From assembly GCA_963813335.1 (NCBI GenBank), contig CAWEYL010000005.1:51180-115179 (forward strand): a stretch of DNA of 64,000 nucleotides, given 5' to 3'. Of this stretch, positions 44,803 to 56,969 are shown piece after piece. The notes beneath the pieces were generated by a model, which was not told the origin of the DNA, made no database searches, and saw nothing but the letters and a program-made list of their open reading frames with translations. The position numbers were made by a program, and so were the translations under genes. The DNA is from an uncultured Chloroflexia bacterium. Its GTDB lineage: Bacteria > Chloroflexota > Limnocylindria > Limnocylindrales > CSP1-4. Position 1 is the stretch's first letter, and each line of letters opens with the position of its first letter.

Positions 44803-46128
44803 ATGGCGACCCTGCTGAAGACCCCCAACGGCTGGCCGAAGATCCTGCCCGCGCGGTCGACGCTGACCGACCCGCTCGACCTCGACGCCGCCGTGACCGT
44901 CGGCGCGTTCGCCGGCCTGCACGCGGCGGTCCGCGACCTCGGGCCGACCGCGACCATCGCCGCGATCGCCGCCTCGGGGCTGCGCGGGCGAGGCGGCGCC
45001 GGCTTCCCGGCGGGTGACAAGTGGCGGACCGCGGCGACGACCGAGGCGCCGCGGCGCTACGTCGTGGCCAACGGCTACGGCGCGGACCCGGCGTCGGGCA
45101 CGGACCGCTACCTGATGGAGCACGACCCGTACGGCGTCATCGAGGGGGTCGCCATCGCGGCCTTCGCCATCGGCGCGGAGGAGGCCTTCATCGCGGTCCG
45201 TGCCGAGGACAGCGAGGCCGTCCGCCGCCTCGAGGCCGCGATCGGCGCCGCCACCGACGCCGGGTTCATCGGCGAGGACGCCTTCGGCCCGCGTCGCGAC
45301 CTGTCCGTCGTCGTCCGACCCGTCCAGGGCGCGTACATGCTCGGCGAGGAGACCGTGCTGCTGAAGGCCCTCGAGGGCAAGCGCGGCCAGCCCGAGCAGC
45401 GGCCGCCGCATCCCGCGGAGCGCGGCCTGTGGGGCATGCCGACGGTCGTCCAGAACGTGCAGACCCTCGGCGCGCTCGGCTGGATCCTTCGTAACGGTCC
45501 GGCCGCCTACGTCGCCACCGGGTCCAAGGCCAGCCCGGGCACCGTCCTCGTCCAGGTGCGCACCCCGTCCGGCGACGGGATCGCCGAGGTGCCGCTCGGG
45601 ACGCCGCTGCGCAAGGTCGTCGCGCTCGGCGGCGCGCTCCCCGACGGCCGGTCGATCAAGGCCGTGCTCGTCGGCGGCCCGTCCGGCGGCCTGCTGCCGC
45701 CCGAGGCGCTCGACACGCCCTACGACTTCGGGCCGCTCCGCGCGGCCGGCGCGCACATCGGCTCGGGCTCGGTGGTCGTCGCCGACGACCGGGCCTGCAT
45801 CGTGGACCTCGCCCGCCTGCTGACCCGGTTCTGCGCCGGCGAGGCGTGCGGCAAGACCATCCCGTGCCGGATCGGCACGCGCCGCCTGGTCGAGATCGCC
45901 GACCGGGTCGTGGACGGCCGTCCGCGCCCCACCGACATGGACCTCCTGACCGACCTCTCGGCCGATATCGCGGCCTCCGCGCTGTGCGACCACGAGCGCC
46001 TGACGACCCTCCCGCTCACGAGCGGGATGCGATACTTCCGCTCCGAACTGGACGAGCACATCCTCAACGCTGCATGCCCGGCCGGCGTCTGTCACCCGAT
46101 CGCGGTGGCCGCCGGAGCGGCCCGATAA
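44803..46128 (+). CDS. nuoF: Degenerate NuoF/HydB-like flavoprotein subunit
   Basis: SGLRGRGGAGFP, GAYMLGEET, GGPSGG, EACGKTIPCRIG and C-terminal HI..CPAGVC. Confidence 0.75.
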   Translation: MATLLKTPNGWPKILPARSTLTDPLDLDAAVTVGAFAGLHAAVRDLGPTATIAAIAASGLRGRGGAGFPAGDKWRTAATTEAPRRYVVANGYGADPASGTDRYLMEHDPYGVIEGVAIAAFAIGAEEAFIAVRAEDSEAVRRLEAAIGAATDAGFIGEDAFGPRRDLSVVVRPVQGAYMLGEETVLLKALEGKRGQPEQRPPHPAERGLWGMPTVVQNVQTLGALGWILRNGPAAYVATGSKASPGTVLVQVRTPSGDGIAEVPLGTPLRKVVALGGALPDGRSIKAVLVGGPSGGLLPPEALDTPYDFGPLRAAGAHIGSGSVVVADDRACIVDLARLLTRFCAGEACGKTIPCRIGTRRLVEIADRVVDGRPRPTDMDLLTDLSADIAASALCDHERLTTLPLTSGMRYFRSELDEHILNAACPAGVCHPIAVAAGAAR

Positions 46129-46136
46129 GGCGACCC

Positions 46137-48774
46137 ATGGCCGACCTCCTCACCCGCCCCGACAGCCGCCCGGAGACGGACCCCGTTCCCGAGCCCGAGT
46201 CGCTCGCCGACCGGCTCCTGGCGACCCGCTCGCCGCAGCGGCCGCAGTCGTCGGCGCGCATCCGCATCGAGGTCGACGGCCGGGTCGTCGAGGGCTTCGA
46301 GGGCCAGACGATCCTCGAGGTCTGCCGCGACAACGGCATCGAGATCCCGACGCTCTGCTACGAGCCGAAGCTGCCCGGCTTCGGGGCGTGCCGGATGTGC
46401 GTGGTCGAGGTGGAGGGCGAGGAGCACCCGCCGATCTCCTGCTCGCGGACGTGCGAGCCCGACATGAAGGTCCAGACCCAGACCGAGGAGGTCCGCCGCC
46501 TGCGCCGGACGAACCTCGAGCTGATCTTCAGCGACCACAACGCCTACTGCCTGCCGCCCTGCCAGAACAAGTGCCCGAGCCACATCGACATCCCGGGCTT
46601 CCTCAAGGCCAACGCCGAGGCCAACTGGCGCGAGAGCACGCGGATCTTCAAGCGGACGATCCCGTTCCCCTCGGTCCTCGGGCGGGTCTGCCCGGCCCCG
46701 TGCGAGGAGCACTGCCGGCGCGACGAGGTCGACGAGGCGATCGCCATCCGCGACAGCCACCGCTACGCCGGCGACCAGGTCCTCAAGGCGATGCTCGACG
46801 AGGACGTCGATCCGCCGCTGCCGTTCGAGGTCCAGGCACCGTCCGGTCGGCGGGCCGCGGTCATCGGCTCCGGCCCGGCCGGGATGGCGGCCGCGTTCTA
46901 CCTCCTGCTGGCCGGCCACGAGGTCACCATCTACGAGCGCGACCCGGCGCCGGGCGGGATGCTCCGCTACGGGATCCCGCAGTACCGCCTGCCCAAGGTC
47001 GAGGTCCTCGAGGCCGAGTACGAGTCGGTCACCCGGCTCGGCGGCAAGATGGTCTGCAACATGGGCCTCGGGCGCGACTTCACGCTCGACGACCTGACCA
47101 ACCAGGGCTTCGACGCGGTCGTGGTCGCCATCGGCTGCTACGACACCAACAAGCTGGGCATCCCCGGCGAGGACGCCGCCGAGGTCCTCGACGGCCTCGA
47201 GTACCTGCGCACCGCGACGCTCGGCCTGCCGTACCCCGAGCACGCCGGCAAGCGCGTCGTCGTCATCGGCGGCGGGTTCACCTCGATGGACTGCTCGCGG
47301 ACGTCGGTCCGCCAGGGCGCCAGCGAGGTCACGCTCGTCTACCGCCGCGACATGAAGGACATGCCGGCGTCCAACGAGGTCCACGAGGCCATCGAGGAAG
47401 GCGTCACCGCCATCTTCCAGGCCGGCCCGACGCGGGTCGTCCTCGACGACAAGGGCAACGTCACCGGCGTCGAGTTCATCCGCATGGCGCTCGGCGAGCC
47501 CGACGCGTCCGGCCGCCGCCGCCCGGAGCCGGCGCCCGGCACCGAGTTCATCGTCCCGTGCGACCGCGTGCTGCTCGCCATCGGCCAGGGCCCGGACCTC
47601 ACCTGGATCGGCCCGGGCTCCGAGGGCCCGGAGGCCACCAAGCAGCGCCGCCTCAAGGCCGACGCGGTCACGTTCGAGACCGGCCGGCCCGGGCGTCTTC
47701 GGCACCGGCGACGTGCGCATCGGCGCCGCGACCGTGGTCCAGGCCATCGCCGAGGGCCGCCGCTCCGCGTACGCCGTCGACGCGTTCCTCAAGGGCCTCG
47801 ACCTCTCGTCGATCCGGGCCCGCCAGACGCTCGCCGAGCCGCAGCCCGAGTTCCTCTCGATCGTCCCGTTCACCGGCGAGATCAAGGAGCCGCGCTACCG
47901 GATGGCGGCCATGGAGGCCGAGGAGCGCAACCACAACTACATCGAGTACGAGCTGCCCTACACCCGCGAGGCCGCGGTCGCCGAGTCCACCCGCTGCCTG
48001 CAGTGCACCTGCGAGGCGATCGGCTTCTGCGACCTGCGCCGCCTCGGCATCGAGTACGGCACCACGCTCAAGACGCTCGAGCCGCAGTACCACCAGGGCG
48101 CCGGCTACCGGAGCGTGACCGAGAACCGCTTCACCGGGGTCAACCACGACTACGTCCGTGACGACTCGCACGCGTTCATCCTCCGCGAGCCGTCGCGCTG
48201 CATCGACTGCGGGCGCTGCGCCCAGGTCTGCTCGGAGGTGGTCGGCGCGGCCTGCTACGACTTCATGCGGATCGGCTTCGACACGCTGGTGACGACGCCG
48301 CTCGACATGAGCCTCAACGACACCCCGTGCGTGTCCTGCGGCCGCTGCGCCGAGACGTGCCCGACGGGCGCCCTCATGCCGAAGCCACGGATCCTGCAGA
48401 AGTACGACGTCGACGAGAGCCGCTGCATCCTGTGCGGCATCTGCGTCGACGCGTGCCCCTACGACGCGCTCCGCGACGGCGGCGACATCGAGCTCGCCCA
48501 TACGAGCCGGTCCGAGCCGATGATCGACCTGATGGCGATCGCCGCCATCGACCGCGAGACCGAGATCACCTACATCCGGCGCGAGCGCGGCTGGGCGGAT
48601 GCCGCCGCCGCCGAGGGCCGCGTGCTCGACCCCGCCCGGATGCTCCCGATGCTGCCCGCCACGATCGCGGGGCTCCCGTCCGGCAACGGCAACGGGCATG
48701 GGCACGGCGACGGGCACGACCACTCGAATGGCCACGGCGCCGGGACGGCGCTGCTCGGCAGCGGGCACGAGTAG
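46137..48774 (+). CDS. NuoG-N / GltD-like FAD-NADP(H) domain / ferredoxin / NuoI C-half fusion (StnC-like; frameshift near 47690)
   Basis: IPTLC..GACRMC..SC (2Fe-2S); PPCQNKCP and [12 protein letters not shown]; GSGPAG; [12 protein letters not shown]; three CxxCxxCxxxC motifs. Confidence 0.8.
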
Positions 48775-48780
48775 GCGGCC

Positions 48781-49377
48781 GTGCTCAGGAAGCTCGTCCC
48801 GATCGTCCTCGCCCTGATGGTCCTCGGCGCCGTCGCGACCATCGCCGCGGTGATGGTGGTCGTCCTCGGCCAGGACTGGGACGACGCGCTCCTGTGGATC
48901 CTCGCCTCGATCATGATCGGCGCCGGGCTCCTCGTCGTGACGATGCGCGACATCATCCGCTGCGGCCTGGCGATGATCGTCTGCTTCGGCGCCCTCGCCG
49001 GGATCTACGTCCTGATGGGGGCGCCGCTGATCGGCGCGGCCCAGGTCATCGTCTACATCGGCGCGATCAGCGTCCTGATCCTGTTCGCGATCATGCTGAC
49101 CCAGACCAAGGACGCGCCGTCCCGCCTCGTCTTCCAGACGCAGGCCGGTCCCGCGGCCATCGCCGCGATCGTGATCGCGCTCGTGATCGCCCTCTCGGTC
49201 GCGGCCACCGACTGGCCCGGCGTCGTGGCCGAGCGGATCCGCTACGCGACCGACGCGATGGCCAGGTTCATGTTCGACAGCTTCGTCCTGCCGTTCGAGG
49301 TCATCAGCGTGGTCCTGCTGGCCGCGGTCATCGGCGGCGTCTACCTCGCCAAGCGCGAGCCGGGCGGCCCGTCGTGA
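48781..49377 (+). CDS. nuoJ: Complex I subunit J
   Basis: [19 protein letters not shown] and [16 protein letters not shown]. Confidence 0.92.
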   Translation: MLRKLVPIVLALMVLGAVATIAAVMVVVLGQDWDDALLWILASIMIGAGLLVVTMRDIIRCGLAMIVCFGALAGIYVLMGAPLIGAAQVIVYIGAISVLILFAIMLTQTKDAPSRLVFQTQAGPAAIAAIVIALVIALSVAATDWPGVVAERIRYATDAMARFMFDSFVLPFEVISVVLLAAVIGGVYLAKREPGGPS

Positions 49378-49685
49378 GCGACTCGCTCGACGCGTATCTC
49401 GTCCTGTCGGGGATCCTGTTCGCGATCGGCTCGTTCGGGTTCCTGGCCCGCCGCAACGCCATCAGCATGCTGATGTCGATCGAGCTGATGCTCAACGCGG
49501 TCAACCTCTCGATCGTCGCATTCGGGGCCTTCAACCCCGTGCTCGGGGTGCAGGGCCAGATCATCGCGCTGTTCGTGATGGCCATCGCCGCCGGTGAGGC
49601 CACCGTGGGCCTGGCCATCGTCATCGCCATCTACCGCAACAAGAAGACGCCGCTCGTCGACGAGTACGACGACATGCGCCGATGA
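49374..49685 (+). CDS. nuoK: Complex I subunit K
   Basis: [18 protein letters not shown] and [11 protein letters not shown]. Confidence 0.94.
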   Translation: MSDSLDAYLVLSGILFAIGSFGFLARRNAISMLMSIELMLNAVNLSIVAFGAFNPVLGVQGQIIALFVMAIAAGEATVGLAIVIAIYRNKKTPLVDEYDDMRR

Positions 49686-51645
49686 GCCCCGAGTCGCTCA
49701 TCCCCCTGCTCGTCATCCTGCCGCTCAGCGGCTTCGCCATCACGGCGCTGATCGGCCGGCGGCTCGGCAAGCAGGCCCACTGGATCCCTGTCCTGGCCGT
49801 CTTCGCGGCGTGGCTCATCGCGATGAGCGTGTCGTACGCGGCGCTGACCGGCGCGGCGCCGTTCGGCGAGCACGGCTACGGCGCGACCCTCTTCGACTGG
49901 ATCCCGGCCGGCGCGTTCCACGTCGAGGCCGGGTTCTTCGTCGACCAGCTGACCGCCTGCCTGCTGATCGTGGTCACGACCATCGGCCTGCTGGTCCACG
50001 TCTACTCGATCGGCTACATGAGCCACGACCCGGGCTACTGGCGGTTCTTCGCCTACCTGAACCTGTTCATGTTCAGCATGCTCACGCTGGTCCTCGCGGA
50101 CTCGTGGCTGGTGGTGTTCGTGGCGTGGGAGCTGGTCGGCCTGTCCAGCTACCTGCTCATCGGCTTCTGGTTCCGCAAGCGCTCCGCGGCCCTCGCCGCC
50201 AAGAAGGCGTTCATCGTCAACCGCGTCGGCGACATCGGGTTCGCGCTCGGGATCATGGCCATCTTCGTGAACACCGGGACGCTGAACATCCGCGAATCGC
50301 TCGACGTGCTCACCAGCGCGACCCTCGTCGCCTTCCCGATCCCGATCGCGATCGTCGCGCTGCTGGTGTTCGCCGGGGCGATGGGCAAGTCCGCCCAGTT
50401 CCCGCTCCACGTCTGGCTGCCGGACGCGATGGAGGGCCCCACCCCGGTCTCCGCCCTCATCCACGCGGCGACGATGGTCAACGCCGGCGTCTACCTGGTC
50501 GCCCGGGCGAACCCGCTGTTCGCGGCCTCGCCGTCCTCGCTGGTCGTGGTCGCGGCGATCGGCATCTTCACGGCCATCCTCGCCGCCTCCATCGCGATGA
50601 CCCAGACCGACATCAAGCGGGTCCTCGCCTATTCGACGCTGTCGCAGCTGGGCTACATGTTCGCGGCGCTCGGGGTCGGCGCGTTCACCGCGGCGATCTT
50701 CCACCTCATGACCCATGGCTTCTTCAAGGGCCTGCTCTTCCTCGGCTCGGGCTCGGTCATCCACGCCGTCCACGAAGAGCAGGACATGCGCAGGATGGGC
50801 GGCCTCTCGAAGAAGATCCCGATCACCTACGCGACGATGCTCATCGGCTCGCTCGCGATCGCCGGGATCCCGCCGCTGGCCGGCTTCTTCTCCAAGGACG
50901 AGATCCTCGGCGAATCCTTCAAGCAGGGCTTCCTGTGGGTGTGGGCGATCGGCTTCGTGGTCGCCGGCCTGACCGCGTTCTACATGTTCCGGCTCATGGG
51001 CCTCACCTTCTGGGGCGCGTTCCGCGGCCCGAAGGCCGTCTGGGACCGGATCCACGAGTCGGCGCCGGTCATGACCATCCCGCTGATCCTGCTGGCCATC
51101 GCGTCGGTCTTCCTCGGCATGCTCCTCGGGCTGCCGTTCGGGGCCAGCACGATCTCGGGCTGGCTCGCCCCGGTCTTCGAGGAGTCGGTCCAGGCCCTCG
51201 GCCACGAGGAGGCCGCCTTCGCCCTGTTCGGCATCGACGGCGTGCTCATCCTCGCGAGCGTGACCGTGGCGGTGGTCGGCATCGCGATCGCCTGGCGGCT
51301 GTTCGGCGTCGAGCTCCTCGGGCTGAAGCTGACCGCGCGCCCCGAGCGCGTCCGCGAGCTGAGCGCCAGGGTCCCGTTCCTCTACCGCGCCTCGCTCAAC
51401 AAGTGGTGGTTCGACGAGCTCAACCACCTGCTGTTCATCGTCATCGGCGGCAAGGTCGCGAACGCCCTGTGGTGGTTCGACCGCGAGGTCGTCGACGGCA
51501 CCGTGAACCTGGTCGGGCGCTCGACCGTCGCCTCGGGCCGCGGGCTCCGCCGCGTCCAGACCGGCCACGTCCAGAACTACGCGCTAGGCATCGCGGTCGG
51601 GCTCATCGTCATGGCCGGCTCGTACCTCCTGCTGGTGGGACGCTG

Positions 51646-51646
<1 letters not shown>
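49682..51646 (+). CDS. nuoL: Complex I subunit L
   Basis: [46 protein letters not shown] and QTGHVQNY. Confidence 0.96.
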
Positions 51647-53300
<1,654 letters not shown>

Positions 53301-53304
<4 letters not shown>

Positions 53305-54791
53305 GCCACGACCTCTTCGTCCTCAGCCCCCTGATCGCGGCAGTCCTCACGGCGGCCGCGGTCCTCATCGTCGACCTGATCCGGCCCGGCAAGGCCATGG
53401 TCGCCGTGGCCACCGCGCTGATCGGCCTGGCGATCACGACCGCGGTCACCCTGGCGGTCGGCCTGACCTCGAGCGGCGGCTTCGCCCAGATGACCGCGTT
53501 CGGCGGCGTCTACACGGTCGACGCGCTGACGACCTTCCTCGACATCCTGTTCATCGCGATCATCGCGCTGACGATCTCGTTCGCACCGGACTACCTGCTC
53601 GCGCGCGGGCTGCCGGTCGCGGAATTCATCATCGTGCTGCTGTTCGCGATGACCGGCGCGATGCTGCTGTCGGCCTCGACCGACCTGCTGCTGCTCTTCC
53701 TCGGCCTCGAGCTGATGGTGCTCCCCGGCTACCTGCTGGCGGCCTACCACAAGACCGACTCGTACTCGACCGAGGGCGCGATCAAGTACTTCCTGCTCGG
53801 CTCGTTCAGCTCGGCGATCTTCCTGTTCGGCCTTGCCTTCATCTGGGGCATGACGGGCACGACCAGCGTCGACGGCGTCTACGCGGCCCTGAGCGCGATC
53901 GTCGCCGGGACGGCGCCGCTGGCGCCCGGCCTCGCGATGGGGTTGGCGTTCCTGACCACCGGTGTCGCCTTCAAGATCGCGGCGGTCCCGTTCCACTACT
54001 GGACGCCGGACGCGTACCAGGGCTCGCCCACGCCCATCACCGGCTACCTGTCGGTCGGGCCGAAGGTCGGCGCGTTCGCCCTGATCCTGCGCCTCTTCGG
54101 CGAGGCGATCTGGCCGCTCCACGACTGGTGGCTGCCGGTCGTCATCGTGCTGGCGACGCTGACCATGACCCTCGGCAACCTCGTCGCGCTGACCCAGGAC
54201 AACGTCAAGCGGATGCTGGCCTACAGCTCGATCGCGCACACCGGCTACATGCTGGTCGGCCTCGCGGCCTACGCCTCGGGCCAGATCCAGGGCCTCGAGG
54301 GGCTCCTCTACTACAGCGCCGCCTACGCGGCCATGAACCTGGGCGCGTTCGCGGTCATCGCCGCGCTCCAGAAGCGGCCGGGGGTCACCTCGCAGCTCGA
54401 CACGTTCGCGGGGCTCGGGCGCAAGGAGCCGATCCTGGCGATCCTGCTGACCCTCTTCCTGCTGTCACTGACCGGCATCCCGCCGACCGCCGGGTTCTTC
54501 GCCAAGGCGTACGTGATCCTGGCCGCCGTGCAGGCCGGCGGGCCGATGACCGTGCTCGCCGTCATCGCGGTGCTCAATGCCGCGGCCGCCGCGTTCTACT
54601 ACCTGCGCGTCGTCGTCTACATGTTCATGCGCGATCCGGCCAGCGACCTCCCGGCGCTCCGCCACGGCCGGCTGGTCTGGAGCGGACTGGCGGTCGCGAC
54701 GACCTTCACCATCATCCTCGGGCTGTTCCCGGAGCCGCTGCTGCAGGTGGTCGGCGAGGCCGCCGCCGCCATCTCGAAGATCGGGCTCTAG
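53301..54791 (+). CDS. nuoN: Complex I subunit N
   Basis: EGAIKYF, FKIAAVPFHYWTPDAYQG, KRMLAYSSIAH and GIPPTAGF. Confidence 0.95.
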
Positions 54792-55715
54792 CCAGGCCCT
54801 GCCTCGCGCTCGAGCCGCCGCGCGATCGCGGCGAGCATCCGGCCGACGTCCCGCGCCGACGCCACCACGAGATCCGCGCGATCCAGGATCTCGGGCGGCG
54901 TGCTGAGCCGGCCGTGGACCGCCACGATGACGCCCTCCTCGAGCCGGCCGTCCGTCCGTGCCGCGCTGAGGGCGTCGAAGGCGTCGGTGTCGCTCAGGTC
55001 GTCACCGAACGAGATGGCCGCGCCGGGCCGGGTCGCCGCGATGAGCCGGTCGGCCGCCTCGCCCTTGCCGCCGGCCTCGCGCGGTCGCAGGTCCACGACG
55101 GAGCGGCCGCGGTACGGCTCGAGGCCGTGGTCGCCGAGGCCGGCGCGCTCCTCGACCGCTGTTATCGCGGCGAGGACCGCGGCCCGCGCTGCCGGGATGT
55201 CGTCGGCCTGGCGGACGTGGAACGCGACGGACGGGCCCTTGCGCTCGACGAACAGCCACGGCGGCGCGCCGAGCTCCGCGGCGACCCCCGTGGCGAGCGC
55301 CTCGGCGAATGGGGCGTAGCCCTCGAAGCCGGCCTCCGGCGTGACCGCGATGGGGCCGCGGCCGCCGCGCGGGAGCCGGCCGTGCTGCAGGCCGTGGTCG
55401 CCCAGGTAGTCGATGCCGCCCACACGCGCGCGTCCGGCCACATCCGCGACGGTGCGGCCGGTCAGGACGACGACGTGGAGCCGGTCCGGCCGGGCCGCGG
55501 CGATCGCCGCGAGCCGGCGCAGGGCCCGTCGCGCGCCAGGCTCGATCCGCGCGGCGCCGGGGTCGCGCGATGCCCGGCGAAAGCGTCCCGTCGAAGTCGG
55601 CGAGCACCAGCAGCGGCGGGCGTGCCGCGACCAGTCGGTCCAGGGCGACGCCGATGGCCGCCGACGGCGAGACGGCGTCGACCGCCGCTGCTGCGCCGTG
55701 CGCCTCCGGCGCTAT
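54788..55715 (-). CDS. otsB: Trehalose-6-phosphate phosphatase (HAD family), frameshifted near 55560-55585; start uncertain
   Basis: DFDGTL, VLTGR, YLGDHG, ERKG.SVAFH.R, KG.A and GDD..D.DAF. Confidence 0.8.
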
Positions 55716-56205
55716 GGCGTGACCTCGACGCCCGGGAGGATGGTCGCGAGACCGCCCGCCATCACGTCCAGCCCGATCCCGCCCGACGGCCGTGGCTGAT
55801 GACCCCGTCCGCGTCGATCCAGTGACGGACCGGCAGCGCGAGGGAGCGTGCGGCCGCCGAGGACGCCGCGGGCGACGGCGAGGGACTCGCGCTCGCGCCC
55901 GGCGACTTGGACGGCGACACCGAGGTCGACGGCGCCGCGCTCGGCGACGGCGCCACGCTCGGCGACGGCGAGGGGCTCGCGCTCGGACTCGGTGCGACGC
56001 TCGGCGATGGCGAGGGGCTCGGGCTCGGCGATGGCGAGGGGCTCGGGCTCGGACTCGGCGCCACGCTCGGACTCGGACTCGGCGGTCGCGTCGGGTCGAT
56101 CCCCGGACCCGGAACGGGCGCCAGGAACAGCAGGGCCGCGAGCATCAGCACCCCGGCCGTGACGCCCAGCACCAGGCCGAGGAGGATGGAGATCCGTGGC
56201 CACAT
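55712..56205 (-). pseudogene. TlpA/thioredoxin-like membrane-anchored protein remnant lacking the CxxC core
   Basis: TM anchor and long PS linker jump directly to a TlpA-like end (LPV.HWIDADGVI...GGIGLDVM); no CxxC; frameshift near 55790. Confidence 0.45.
55860..56085 (-). repeat. Low-complexity Pro-Ser coding repeat
   Basis: (PS)n, from repeated CTCGGG/CTCGGA/GACGGC units. Confidence 0.8.
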
Positions 56206-56273
56206 GGGCCGGAGGGTAGCAGTACGAGCGGCCGGCGGCGTGCCCCGAGGCCCACTGCTACCATGCCGCTCCG

Positions 56274-56969
56274 ATGACCGACTCCGAGGGTCCCGCGCGC
56301 TCGCGGATCCTACCCGCTCTCCTGACCGCGCTCGGCGTGATGCTCCTCGCGGTGGGCATCCTGACCTATACCGCCCCCGTGTCCGCCGACCCGGTCGGCC
56401 TGACGCCGAGCCCGAGTGCCGCCACCACCGACGAGCCGCTGATCACCCTGCCGCCACTGGCCTCCGCCACCCCGAGCGCGAGCCCGTCCGCGGCCGCGGA
56501 TCGCGTTTCGACGAGGGTCCGGGTCGCGGCGCTCGGCATCGACCTGCCGGTCATCCCGCCTGCCGGCGACGCCTCGTATCCGCTGTGCGATGTGGCGATG
56601 TGGATCGGCGACCTCGGCCAGCCCGGCCAGGGCCGCGCCACGTACCTGTACGCCCACGCGCGGCAGGGCATGTTCCTGCCGCTGCTGACCCAGTCGAAGA
56701 TCCAGGACGGCAAGAAGATGATCGGCATGGTCGTCGAGGTCTGGACCAGCGACGACCAGCGCTTCCTCTACGAGATCACCGAGGTCCGCCGCCACCAGAC
56801 CAGCCTCGACGATGCCGCGAACGCCGACCACGAGCAGCTCTGGCTCCAGACGTCCGAAGGCCCGAAGGGCACGGTCGGCAAGCTCCAGGTCGTGGCCGAG
56901 CTGCTCTCGCAGGAGGCCTCGGACCACGCCTCGGCCCACCCGAAGCCGCACCCGGTGGCGTGCGCCTAG
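56274..56969 (+). CDS. Sortase-fold protein with an atypical active site
   Basis: N-terminal TM, R..V..LGIDLPV, PGQG..TYLYAHAR and LWLQTS in place of LxTC. Confidence 0.65.
   Translation: MTDSEGPARSRILPALLTALGVMLLAVGILTYTAPVSADPVGLTPSPSAATTDEPLITLPPLASATPSASPSAAADRVSTRVRVAALGIDLPVIPPAGDASYPLCDVAMWIGDLGQPGQGRATYLYAHARQGMFLPLLTQSKIQDGKKMIGMVVEVWTSDDQRFLYEITEVRRHQTSLDDAANADHEQLWLQTSEGPKGTVGKLQVVAELLSQEASDHASAHPKPHPVACA

Noticed and set aside
43090-46128. 1012-aa NuoH-NuoI-NuoF fusion in the ORF track
   Set aside because: The joins are Arg/Pro/Gly-rich off-frame sequence produced by frameshifts; nuoH and the nuoF-like gene have their own boundaries.
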